The notes under the pieces: generated by a model
Told to the model about the DNA's origin: nothing
Seen by the model: only the letters and a program-made list of their open reading frames with translations
Database searches by the model: none
Program-made: the position numbers and the translations under genes
IMG/VR virus record: IMGVR_UViG_3300020406_000005
Span: 1-64,000 of that record
Strand: one strand, 5' to 3'
Source of the DNA: a virus
Length of the DNA stretch: 64,000 nucleotides
Shown here: piece after piece, positions 1 through 7,840 of the stretch
Numbering within the stretch: position 1 is the first letter of the stretch
Layout: every line of letters begins with the position of its first letter

Positions 1-66
1 TTCCTTAAGTAGCTGTGCCATTTCCTCTCTTATGATTTTCTCTAAAATTTTCTTGGTGATTTTCAT
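1..66 (-). CDS. 5' end of a putative virion/head protein (runs off the window); N-terminus MKITKKILEKIIREEMAQLLKE
   Basis: ATG at 64-66 on minus strand with AGAGGG SD; N-terminus nearly identical to that of ORF 141..590. Confidence 0.75.
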   Translation of the reverse strand, partial: MKITKKILEKIIREEMAQLLKE

Positions 67-140
67 GGGGTACCCTCTTTTATGTTTTGTACTCTTTAAT
101 TAGTTGCTTGTTGTTCATTTATCTACTCCGATCATAGATT

Positions 141-590
141 TCACCCGGTATAACCCGCCGAGGTACCAGTAGTCATATATCTTGTGGCTGATTCTATATC
201 TTTGAGATCCTCTATCATACTTAAAAGCTGTGATTTGTATTGATCACTAAGGCCGGCTTTCAATTTGGTCTTAAGCGCTGCCTGGATACTTTGAATAGCT
301 TGCATAATATGGGCCCGTTCCTTGGTAGGTGCACCGATATCTCCTGAAACTCGATGAGACCGTTTAATTGGGTTCGCTTTTTCTTTCTCCTCAGGGCTCA
401 TGCCCCCATCGCCTCTTCGCTTACGCATCAAATACAGCGCTTGGTCGACTTTCGCTTGATCATCGACGAATGGTGCTGGTTGATTGGGCACCCCGGCTGG
501 CAAGATCGACTGAGTTGGCTTTTTCTCTTGCACTAGCTTCTTGACTTCTTCTCTTATAATATTCTCTAAAATTTTCTTGGTAATTTTCAT
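141..590 (-). CDS. hypothetical protein with MKITKKILENIIREE leader (putative virion/head protein)
   Basis: ORF track; AAGGAG SD; CTATTTA motif upstream. Confidence 0.75.
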   Translation of the reverse strand: MKITKKILENIIREEVKKLVQEKKPTQSILPAGVPNQPAPFVDDQAKVDQALYLMRKRRGDGGMSPEEKEKANPIKRSHRVSGDIGAPTKERAHIMQAIQSIQAALKTKLKAGLSDQYKSQLLSMIEDLKDIESATRYMTTGTSAGYTG

Positions 591-692
591 GGGTGCTCTC
601 CTTTACACTCTTTAAATAGCTATGACCAATTGTATTATTCCAAAATCTCGAAAATTTCCAGCCGCGTTGAACGTGTATCTGCCCGCGCACAT

Positions 693-1117
693 CTCCCTAC
701 ATGTAGGCGTAAGACTTACATTCGGCTACGTGTACGGGGGGAGGGGGGGTAGTAGTACCCTTACCTACATGTAAATATTTTATCTACATTTGTTTACTTT
801 TGCCTACATTTGTTTACATGTTAACATTTTAACTGTAAGTTTCTTGCCTACATCTGTATACATTAGGTACTGGTTACCTACATTGTCTTACTGGTGTGTA
901 TATGTCGTATGCTCTAAGTTGTTAATCTAATTAAGGTTACATTGTCCTACCTATACCTACACTGTGCTATGTTGTGAGTATATGTATTCTTTTATCTTTC
1001 TTCTCCTCACATGTTAATAAATGAACGCAAAAAAAAATAAAAATAATTTAAAAAAAATGAAAAAAACTTTAGATACATGTAGGTTTTTGTGCCGACAGCG
1101 TACACCTTTGCCTACAT
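693..1117. repeat. non-coding field of CCTACA/TGTAGG repeats (left)
   Basis: About 9 exact CCTACA/TGTAGG copies plus degenerate ones; palindrome CCTACATGTAGG at 696-707. Confidence 0.8.
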
Positions 1118-1331
1118 TTCATGACGTGTGGGTGCTCTAAGTATGCGGAATCATTAAAGTTCTTACGGGCACGTTTTGAAATTGAAGGTCGAGGGGATTT
1201 CTTTAATGATTACAGGGGCTTGCACCCCATAAGTGGACTGCGGGCAAAAAAAATGTTATAATAAGGCATATGCAACGGAGACAAGAAAAAAAGTCAAGAC
1301 GAAAAAAAAGCAAAAAAACGAAAAAAAGTTC

Positions 1332-1360
1332 TTGACAGACGTTTTCGATTATGTTATAAT
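1332..1360 (+). promoter_or_regulatory. consensus sigma70-type promoter with extended -10
   Basis: TTGACA (1332-1337), 17 bp spacer, TGnTATAAT (-10 at 1355-1360), A-tracts upstream. Confidence 0.85.
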
Positions 1361-1434
1361 TACAGAGTAATTTGGCAATAAGGCTGGATTATTCAACACG
1401 ACGCGCCACGGCGCATAATATGGAAGGAGCCATC

Positions 1435-1671
1435 ATGGCTTTACGACGACAGAAGAGTAACATTGTTAACATCGGTTTCATGGTTCAGACTGAGGATGAG
1501 AAGGCTGGCATGACCATTGACCAGACCGTTCTCAACGGCAAGTCAGCCGTTGTATCATTCCGGCTCGTGAACGGCGGGCGCAAGTCTGCTGCGGTCAAGC
1601 TCGATCGCAATGCAATCGCGGACCTCCAAGAAGCCCTGACCGAGATTCTATCGGTCGAAGGTGACTTCTAG
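1435..1671 (+). CDS. hypothetical protein, paralog of 2877..3125
   Basis: AAGGAG SD before ATG 1435; shares the GMxIDQTxxNG and KSAAVKLDR blocks with the minus-strand paralog. Confidence 0.85.
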   Translation: MALRRQKSNIVNIGFMVQTEDEKAGMTIDQTVLNGKSAVVSFRLVNGGRKSAAVKLDRNAIADLQEALTEILSVEGDF

Positions 1672-1677
1672 TCCCCT

Positions 1678-1755
1678 CGGGGAAGGCGCAACTAGGGTGG
1701 ATGCTTCGGCGGAGCCTGCTTGTGCCTTCCCCACCTTTCCCGTTTCTTTATTGTT
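1678..1755 (+). terminator. long hairpin / possible terminator
   Basis: GGGGAAGGCGCAA ... TTGTGCCTTCCCC stem followed by T-rich sequence. Confidence 0.5.
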
Positions 1756-1784
1756 TTAAAATTTATTGTTGAATTGAGTATTAT

Positions 1785-2006
1785 ATGAATATAGTTGAAG
1801 TGAATTACAAGGGCGGCACGTTTATGTGTGAGCAAGATTCGGACCAAGCGCGGTTCTTACGACAAGCGCACTATGCGTGGCTTACCGGCCAGCATGGCCT
1901 TGAGCGTGATCTGTGGGCGCTGGCGCTTGCATCGGGCGATAGACCCACGACCACCGCTGATGAGATCTACATTCAAGATTGCTTGGAGGATAACTACTAT
2001 GTCTAG
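1785..2006 (+). CDS. hypothetical protein
   Basis: ORF track; downstream of the plus-strand promoter. Confidence 0.65.
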   Translation: MNIVEVNYKGGTFMCEQDSDQARFLRQAHYAWLTGQHGLERDLWALALASGDRPTTTADEIYIQDCLEDNYYV

Positions 2007-2061
2007 GCGACCCAAGGCAAAAACAGTGAGCGCTGCTTGGTCCAAGACCAAGAAGAAATAA
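1999..2061 (+). CDS. 20-aa basic micropeptide MSRRPKAKTVSAAWSKTKKK
   Basis: GGAGGA SD at 1985-1990; homologous to the minus-strand peptide 2524..2607. Confidence 0.65.
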   Translation: MSRRPKAKTVSAAWSKTKKK

Positions 2062-2072
2062 GCATACACCCA

Positions 2073-2362
2073 CCTACACCCGACTACATCCGTGGTCGGG
2101 TTTTCTTTTATCTTTTACACCTACATTTCCCTACATATCTCACTTTAACCCACAGGTAGGATAAAATGGGAGATCTAACTACCTCTGTACCACATTATCC
2201 TACCTGTAGGCGCCGACCCCACATATGCGACCTTTGCCTACATATGCTGCTCCTCCCTACATGTAGGTAAGTGTAGTCACAACGGATGTGTGACTTGCAC
2301 CTACATTTGCCTACACCGGCTACGGGCCTGGCGTGTAGGTCTTTTACTTACATCGCCCTACC
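2073..2362. repeat. non-coding field of CCTACA/TGTAGG repeats and hairpins (right)
   Basis: About 10 exact copies; 13-bp perfect inverted repeat 2152-2164/2195-2207; CTCCCTACATGTAGG identical to 693-707. Confidence 0.8.
2079..2110 (+). terminator. intrinsic terminator of the plus-strand island
   Basis: CCCGACTAC-ATCC-GTGGTCGGG hairpin followed by TTTTCTTTT. Confidence 0.7.
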
Positions 2363-2523
2363 TCTGCGATGCACCACCGTTAAAATTATTACGTTGACAG
2401 TAAAGCGCGTATATGTATTAAATCACCTTACCGTTGACTAACTAACGCTCAAGCTAACAAGCGTTTTTTTATTTTAACGTGGTTATTATAATAACGGTTA
2501 GTTAGCTAACCTTGATGCACCCG

Positions 2524-2607
2524 TTACTTTTTTTTCGTTTTTCTCCATAAACTAGCAACGGATTGATTTTTTGGTTTTCGAGTGGTGTTTGCTTTAGATC
2601 TCGTCAT
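2524..2607 (-). CDS. 27-aa basic micropeptide MTRSKANTTRKPKNQSVASLWRKTKKK
   Basis: ATG at 2605-2607 overlaps the upstream ORF end; homologous to 1999..2061. Confidence 0.6.
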   Translation of the reverse strand: MTRSKANTTRKPKNQSVASLWRKTKKK

Positions 2608-2779
2608 AGTCGTAGGCGCCCCCAACAAGAACAATTTTTCCATCAATATCTTCAGAGGGAATCCATCGCTGATCACCGTTCGACCATTGCACCAGGGTTT
2701 CTTTACCACCTCGTCGCTGTGCAATACATAAACCATTTTTGTGTTGAGAGTTTGTAACTCCCTTAGATTGAATCATCAT
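2594..2779 (-). CDS. hypothetical protein (SH3-like small beta protein)
   Basis: ORF track; AAGGT SD; G.......LVQW pattern. Confidence 0.6.
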   Translation of the reverse strand: MMIQSKGVTNSQHKNGLCIAQRRGGKETLVQWSNGDQRWIPSEDIDGKIVLVGGAYDYDEI

Positions 2780-2876
2780 TGATTGTACCTTATTTGATTA
2801 AGTTAACAAAATTTTAAAAAATCGGTTGTTTTCAGAAGACCAGGCACAACCGTAAGCCTGGCGACGAAGGAGAAAA

Positions 2877-3125
2877 CTATTCTTCCGTTGAGAGAACTTC
2901 GTTTACTGCTTCAAGCAGGTTGGTGAGAGCGAAGCGATCCAGCTTTACTGCGGCTGACTTTTGCTTGCCATTGATAAGTCGAATACTAACACCTTCTGAA
3001 GCGCCATTGACCAGAGTTTGATCAATGATCATCCCTGCTGCCTTTTGCTTTCCATTCGCTTCAGCGTTTGGGTTGTTGGTGATTGTGTATCCAAGGTTTT
3101 GAATGTTACTTACTACTCGCTTCAT
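2877..3125 (-). CDS. hypothetical protein, paralog of 1435..1671
   Basis: GAAAGGA SD before ATG 3125; paralogy. Confidence 0.85.
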   Translation of the reverse strand: MKRVVSNIQNLGYTITNNPNAEANGKQKAAGMIIDQTLVNGASEGVSIRLINGKQKSAAVKLDRFALTNLLEAVNEVLSTEE

Positions 3126-3195
3126 TTTGTTTGTCCTTTCAAAGACATCATTTAAAATTTGAGATGAAAGCCAATCCCTCATTCTCAATATATAC

Positions 3196-3224
3196 ATATT
3201 ATCAAATCATCATGGAAAAGTCAA
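3196..3224 (-). promoter_or_regulatory. sigma70-type early promoter
   Basis: TTGACT-17-TAATAT with TG extension; preceded by AAAAAAGTTC as in the 1332 promoter. Confidence 0.7.
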
Positions 3225-3255
3225 GAACTTTTTTAATGCTTTGTATCTTTTTATT

Positions 3256-3498
3256 TTAGTCCACCACGATCCAACCCATTCGCTCGCACACCTGTGCAAA
3301 AAATGAATCTGGATAGTTTTTATAATTTATATCTCGGCAAGTGGTCCCACCGTTCTCGCTTACAAAGCCAGCTGCGCCACCGTTGCCACCATTAGCCATG
3401 TTGATGTATTGCCACTTTACTTCTTCATACATTGAAGTATTCGATGCATTTGCTTGAAGGTTCTTAAAGTGTATCACCATTTGGTCAACTGTCTTCAA
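3256..3498 (-). CDS. hypothetical protein
   Basis: ORF track; AAGGA SD; own promoter. Confidence 0.7.
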   Translation of the reverse strand: MKTVDQMVIHFKNLQANASNTSMYEEVKWQYINMANGGNGGAAGFVSENGGTTCRDINYKNYPDSFFAQVCERMGWIVVD

Positions 3499-3527
3499 TT
3501 TAATAATCCTTGATTGTTTATGTTACC

Positions 3528-3556
3528 ATTATACCCGACCGACTAGCGTTTGTCAA
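3528..3556 (-). promoter_or_regulatory. sigma70-type early promoter
   Basis: TTGACA-17-TATAAT. Confidence 0.8.
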
Positions 3557-3597
3557 GTATTATTTTAGTCATTCCGCGAAAAAAATATTGCTTTTAT

Positions 3598-3903
3598 TTA
3601 GCGTTGTTTCATCGACTTCTTGACTTCTTTAAGCATCTTGATTAGCCCATCGACGTCGCCGCTATCCAAGTAAAACTCCAAAGGACGGATGTTGCCACCA
3701 TAGACCCCTGTGCCGTTCACTGTAAACGTGACCAATTCTGGCGAAGTTGTACACTCTTCTCCATGTTGGCTTGAAGTAATTGTAAATGGCCGCTGCAATC
3801 CCGTGTGAAAAAAGCGTTTCTCAACGCCATAAGCCCACGTCCTGGTGCGTACCGTGTTATAGGTGGTCTCATCTTTCGATACGTATAGATCATCGTTATT
3901 CAT
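3598..3903 (-). CDS. hypothetical protein
   Basis: AGAGGA SD before ATG 3903 (shorter than the ORF-track call). Confidence 0.7.
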   Translation of the reverse strand: MNNDDLYVSKDETTYNTVRTRTWAYGVEKRFFHTGLQRPFTITSSQHGEECTTSPELVTFTVNGTGVYGGNIRPLEFYLDSGDVDGLIKMLKEVKKSMKQR

Positions 3904-3949
3904 TGTATTTAAAATCCTCTTAGTTAAATGTTTTATTGTACACAATCAC

Positions 3950-4160
3950 AAAAAAATGTTATGGGTTCCCAACTTCTCATAACTGGACATAGCCTACCCT
4001 GGGAATCACTCCCACGCTTACGCAACCACGCTATGACTAGCTCTGGTCTATGTCCCCCACGGGCTTGACACACAACTTACTAGCTCGTCCCGCTTTAAAA
4101 ACGCTCTCGCGTAGCTCGGTGCATATTCGGCTGTGTGTCTGATCTTGTTCTCACAAGAAA
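3950..4160 (-). ncRNA. candidate structured non-coding RNA
   Basis: ORF-free, several 8-bp stems, three GNRA-capped hairpins on the minus strand, terminal hairpin plus U-tract. Confidence 0.5.
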
Positions 4161-4183
4161 AAAAATACCGGCGATTGGAATCG

Positions 4184-4390
4184 TCAAAACCAATCAATAT
4201 CACGAGACTTCGGTCTCATGAAAAGTTCAAATGGTCCAAAGTGCAAAATACTATAAGGCGTTACTGTATCAATGGACCTCACAAAATTATACCTCTTAAA
4301 CGATAAGCCCCATTTGCTGGTGCGACCTAAGAAAGTTGCATATGGATATCGAAGCATCAACTTTCCCCCCAATGTACGCCAGAGCATCAT
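4184..4390 (-). CDS. hypothetical protein
   Basis: ORF track; ATGA coupling with the upstream gene. Confidence 0.55.
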   Translation of the reverse strand: MMLWRTLGGKLMLRYPYATFLGRTSKWGLSFKRYNFVRSIDTVTPYSILHFGPFELFMRPKSRDIDWF

Positions 4391-4725
4391 TTCAGCCCCA
4401 ACTTTTTTAGAAGGTCTTCTGCCTGATCAAAGCTCATGCCGACGTCATGAAACGCTTTTGGTGCTTTCTTCCTCTTGTTTGTTGGCGCTTCCGCTAACTC
4501 GGTAGTCTCTGCGCGGATCTCTTCGGCTGTCCACTTACCCTTTTCAAGGTCGTGACAAGTCAAAACCAAAGTCCGGGGTGGCAACTTGCTGCACTGTAAG
4601 TGCTTTGCTACAAGTTTCCTGCTCTCGGCACGAGAGACGTTGCCAGGAACTGTAAAGGCTCCGGACCACAGCGCGTGTTCGTTATTGGGATCATCAGCCA
4701 GTCGAAAGTGAATACGAGTTGTCAT
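4387..4725 (-). CDS. hypothetical protein
   Basis: ORF track; promoter TTGACT-17-CATAAT at 4759-4787. Confidence 0.75.
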   Translation of the reverse strand: MTTRIHFRLADDPNNEHALWSGAFTVPGNVSRAESRKLVAKHLQCSKLPPRTLVLTCHDLEKGKWTAEEIRAETTELAEAPTNKRKKAPKAFHDVGMSFDQAEDLLKKLGLK

Positions 4726-4804
4726 AATTTTGAGCCTTTCCTCATTGTTTGTATATATATTATGTCAAAATTTTAACCAAAAGTCAAGAAAAAAATGACC
4801 TAAT

Positions 4805-5122
4805 TTACAAATTAATTTCGATCTTTCTTATGTCTGACGGGTCTCTCAAGGGTACTAGCCAATCAGCATGAACTCTAACTCTCTCCGACTTTGGATCTTT
4901 GCCGAAACAAATGACCTCGCAACAAAAATCGGATGGACCTACAGCACCACGGGTTTTCAAGTTTATTATTTTTACAATATAACCAACCTGCCCATGACCA
5001 TCGATACAGCCAATATTATCATCTGAGTTAGGTTCTGAGCCATTTTGATAGTGGTGATCCCATATCTGCACTAATTCGCCAGGACGCGGGGTCCAGTCTT
5101 TAACTTGCTTATTGCCCATCAA
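4805..5122 (-). CDS. hypothetical protein (SH3/KOW-like, PGELV motif)
   Basis: ORF track; motif pattern. Confidence 0.65.
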   Translation of the reverse strand: MMGNKQVKDWTPRPGELVQIWDHHYQNGSEPNSDDNIGCIDGHGQVGYIVKIINLKTRGAVGPSDFCCEVICFGKDPKSERVRVHADWLVPLRDPSDIRKIEINL

Positions 5123-5128
5123 ATTTTC

Positions 5129-5368
5129 TCACATAGGGTCACTGGAGTACGCATTAGCTGCCATTGTTCTCGATTCTTTGTCGGCTGACCACCAACGCCA
5201 CCCGAAGTGACAGTAACCCCACCGATCAGATAACCAATCGCTGATATCTTCCTCTTTAACGTTAACTGGCACCGTTACCAATTCTGGCAAGTCAACCTCT
5301 CCTGGTAACGGATTCCAATTTTCATCTGAAGTGTCCCATTTCACTTCAACAATTCTGTGTTCTTGCAC
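5129..5368 (-). CDS. hypothetical protein
   Basis: ORF track; promoter TTGACA-17-TATAAT at 5400-5428. Confidence 0.7.
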   Translation of the reverse strand: MQEHRIVEVKWDTSDENWNPLPGEVDLPELVTVPVNVKEEDISDWLSDRWGYCHFGWRWWSADKESRTMAANAYSSDPM

Positions 5369-5448
5369 AATAAAACCTTTTTCAATTATTTATGTGTACA
5401 TTATATCAGAACTTTGCGGCCTTGTCAAGAAAAAAATACCGCGAATTG

Positions 5449-5709
5449 TCAAACGACAATGGTGTCATGTCCTCGAATATACCGCAGCAAGCCAATATGG
5501 CAAGATGTAGTCTGTGACTGAAATCCATAACTGCCCCGTGCCGTGTAATCTCGAACAACTTTCTTTCCTGACTTTGTGGTGTCACCAATCTGGAGTTCAT
5601 AAGAATAAATTTTCTTACCATCGGTCCAGAAGCTACCTCTATGATTTTTTGCTGATTCGCCAAGAGCCCATGACGAAGCGACTTCGCTATTTGTCACTCT
5701 TTTACCCAT
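5449..5709 (-). CDS. hypothetical protein
   Basis: ORF track; tight packing. Confidence 0.7.
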   Translation of the reverse strand: MGKRVTNSEVASSWALGESAKNHRGSFWTDGKKIYSYELQIGDTTKSGKKVVRDYTARGSYGFQSQTTSCHIGLLRYIRGHDTIVV

Positions 5710-5714
5710 ATATT

Positions 5715-5936
5715 TTACACCGTATTTGCACGAATTACCCCATCAGGTCCGCGCATCCTTTCTAGTCTAATTTTTACCATTTCCTCTACAACCTTTAATT
5801 TCATATCCGTTGCCATCGCTTTTAACGCTTTCTTTCTTTTATCATCATGAACATCAACTAGCTGGCTGGCTAGTCTTCTAACATTTGACATAGAAAAATT
5901 ATTTTGCTCCATTGTTGTATCTCCATTTTTATCCAT
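5715..5936 (-). CDS. hypothetical protein
   Basis: ORF track (alternative start MEQNN with GGAG SD). Confidence 0.65.
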   Translation of the reverse strand: MDKNGDTTMEQNNFSMSNVRRLASQLVDVHDDKRKKALKAMATDMKLKVVEEMVKIRLERMRGPDGVIRANTV

Positions 5937-6198
5937 TATTGTGGTGTCCTACGTACATTGCTCCAGAGGAAACGGTGCAGTCTGCTGCATCTACTCGAAT
6001 CGGGTTCCTCTTAGATGTGTCAAGAAGTTTTAAATTTGCAAACAATTTCTTGTTTTTCAAATCTAGGTCAAGACCAACAATGCGTGCAGGAAAGGATCTA
6101 TCTCCCAAACTAACCAAAACTCGATCGCCGGTTTTAATATTATTCGGATTAAATTGATCATACAATCTTTGTATGTCTCTGTTAGACAAGTTAGTCAT
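5929..6198 (-). CDS. hypothetical protein (SH3/KOW-like, IKTGDRV)
   Basis: ORF track; motif. Confidence 0.65.
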   Translation of the reverse strand: MTNLSNRDIQRLYDQFNPNNIKTGDRVLVSLGDRSFPARIVGLDLDLKNKKLFANLKLLDTSKRNPIRVDAADCTVSSGAMYVGHHNNG

Positions 6199-6373
6199 TT
6201 AATTCACCCTCCCAATCTTCGATTGCTGCCTCTCTTAGAAGCTCTGTAGGTTCATTATCATAACAAGCAAAGCCACGGAGTTCGAGATATTTGACTAGCT
6301 CATGCCGCGGCATCTGCTGGATTTCCTGTAGCGAAACATCAACAAAATTACCAGTATGTGTTTCTAGTAACAT
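6191..6373 (-). CDS. hypothetical protein
   Basis: GGGGGT SD before ATG 6373. Confidence 0.65.
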   Translation of the reverse strand: MLLETHTGNFVDVSLQEIQQMPRHELVKYLELRGFACYDNEPTELLREAAIEDWEGELND

Positions 6374-6375
6374 AA

Positions 6376-6459
6376 TTACCCCCGATACCAATCAATCAAC
6401 ATTTGACCTGCAAGCAACCCAACCGCGATTGCTCCTGACGTAACCAAAAATTCAAACAT
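6376..6459 (-). CDS. 27-aa membrane peptide MFEFLVTSGAIAVGLLAGQMLIDWYRG
   Basis: AAGGAG SD; hand translation. Confidence 0.55.
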   Translation of the reverse strand: MFEFLVTSGAIAVGLLAGQMLIDWYRG

Positions 6460-6484
6460 TTACTTACTCCTTTAAATTAAAATG

Positions 6485-6557
6485 TGCTGGTGGCAGGAAT
6501 CGAACCTACGACCTGATGATTACAAATCAACTGCTCTGCCATCTGAGCTACACCAGC
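6485..6557 (-). tRNA. tRNA-Thr(UGU)
   Basis: Cloverleaf GCTGGTG...CACCAGC, anticodon loop TTTGTAA, GTTCGA T-loop; no encoded CCA. Confidence 0.92.
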
Positions 6558-6562
6558 TAAAG

Positions 6563-6635
6563 CGCCCCAGGTAGGAGTCGAACCTACGACCTGCGGATTA
6601 GAAGTCCGATGCTCTATCCACTGAGCTACTGAGGC
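6563..6635 (-). tRNA. tRNA-Arg(UCU)
   Basis: Cloverleaf, anticodon loop CTTCTAA, GTTCGA T-loop. Confidence 0.92.
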
Positions 6636-6652
6636 TTAATGTTTATATAAAC

Positions 6653-6681
6653 ATTATATCAAATATACAGTGCTGTGTCAA
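6653..6681 (-). promoter_or_regulatory. sigma70-type promoter for the tRNA pair
   Basis: TTGACA-17-TATAAT. Confidence 0.8.
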
Positions 6682-6688
6682 GAGTTTG

Positions 6689-6913
6689 TCATCTTTTTTT
6701 TACGACCCACCGGAGGTCGAAATCTTCATCAGAATACAGCTTTCCTGAACTGGCGCGTTTGACGCCCACAGAAGCTACCTCTTTGCCTCTCGACCTAAGA
6801 TTTAAATAGACTGCCTCTGCTAGTGATTCTGCCATCTCGTAATTTCTGGCAGTAGCACACACTCTATCATATGTGTCATATGGCTTTCTATACCAGACAA
6901 GATAATCATTCAT
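6689..6913 (-). CDS. hypothetical protein
   Basis: ORF track. Confidence 0.65.
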   Translation of the reverse strand: MNDYLVWYRKPYDTYDRVCATARNYEMAESLAEAVYLNLRSRGKEVASVGVKRASSGKLYSDEDFDLRWVVKKR

Positions 6914-6932
6914 AATAAAATTTTAATGAGTA

Positions 6933-7004
<72 letters not shown>

Positions 7005-7009
7005 TTGGA

Positions 7010-7234
7010 TTACTTTTTTCTCTTTAGCTTTTTTGGAAATCGACCGTAGTTCCCCATGCCATCATAATCCATCCTATCTGTTTTTTCGTTTCGATTTGGG
7101 AAATTGACGACATTGCTTTCATCTTCAGGTTCTTCATCGAACTTCAACATATAGCGTCTACCAGCAAGGATAAGACCAGAAAAGGTGAATACTAGGGTAA
7201 AAACCTTAATAAATTCAACAAGATTCCCACTCAT
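7010..7234 (-). CDS. small membrane protein
   Basis: N-terminal hydrophobic helix. Confidence 0.65.
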   Translation of the reverse strand: MSGNLVEFIKVFTLVFTFSGLILAGRRYMLKFDEEPEDESNVVNFPNRNEKTDRMDYDGMGNYGRFPKKLKRKK

Positions 7235-7235
7235 G

Positions 7236-7433
7236 TCACTTCCTGTAATAATTGGCTAGGCCCATCAAGGTGGGTGCCCAGAGACCAATGAAAATACCAA
7301 ATCTCTCAGCATGAGCTGGGTCTGCATCACCTACCGATACCCAAGTTAGGATAGAGCAAGCTACAGATGCTAATGATGCAAAAAAGCACAAGTTTGATAA
7401 ATTACTATTAGTTTTCATATTTTTTCCTTTCAT
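7236..7433 (-). CDS. small two-helix membrane protein (ERFGIFIGLWAPT motif)
   Basis: Two hydrophobic segments; motif resembles a widespread bacterial small membrane protein family. Confidence 0.7.
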   Translation of the reverse strand: MKGKNMKTNSNLSNLCFFASLASVACSILTWVSVGDADPAHAERFGIFIGLWAPTLMGLANYYRK

Positions 7434-7452
7434 AAATAATAATAAAATTTAG

Positions 7453-7525
7453 TGGGCCACCCGAGACTCGAACTCGGAACCAGCGGATTAAAAGTCCGAT
7501 GCGCTACCATTTGCGCCAGTAGCCC
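7453..7525 (-). tRNA. tRNA-Lys(UUU)
   Basis: GGGCTAC...GTGGCCC acceptor stem, anticodon loop CTTTTAA. Confidence 0.92.
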
Positions 7526-7840
7526 ATAGAAGCAGTTTCAAAGACTTGCCAAGGTCTACCATTCACGAAGCGACTGAAAAAATTGCGATTCCCATAAATC
7601 CAAAGTAGGCGCAAAGAACCAAAGATGCCTTCATGAGATCAGATGTTGTCATGTTCATAATTATTTAACCTCCTATTATATTAAATTTGAGTAAGAATTA
7701 TATACTATTTCGATTATAAAATCAACCCTTTTTATCAAAAAATATTTAAAATTTTGTGATAAGTTTCGACTAGGCCGACAACTCCGATTGCATCGCCCAG
7801 AATAAACATGACGACTGAGAAACTAAATACGACTGCTCCA

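Noticed and set aside
736-749. G-quadruplex at the G-rich run
   Set aside because: Only two G-tracts are present, too few for a confident intramolecular call; mentioned only as part of the repeat field.
3950-4160. tmRNA, RNase P or 6S identity for the ncRNA candidates
   Set aside because: No tRNA-like ends, tag ORF or RNase P consensus segments recognisable by eye.
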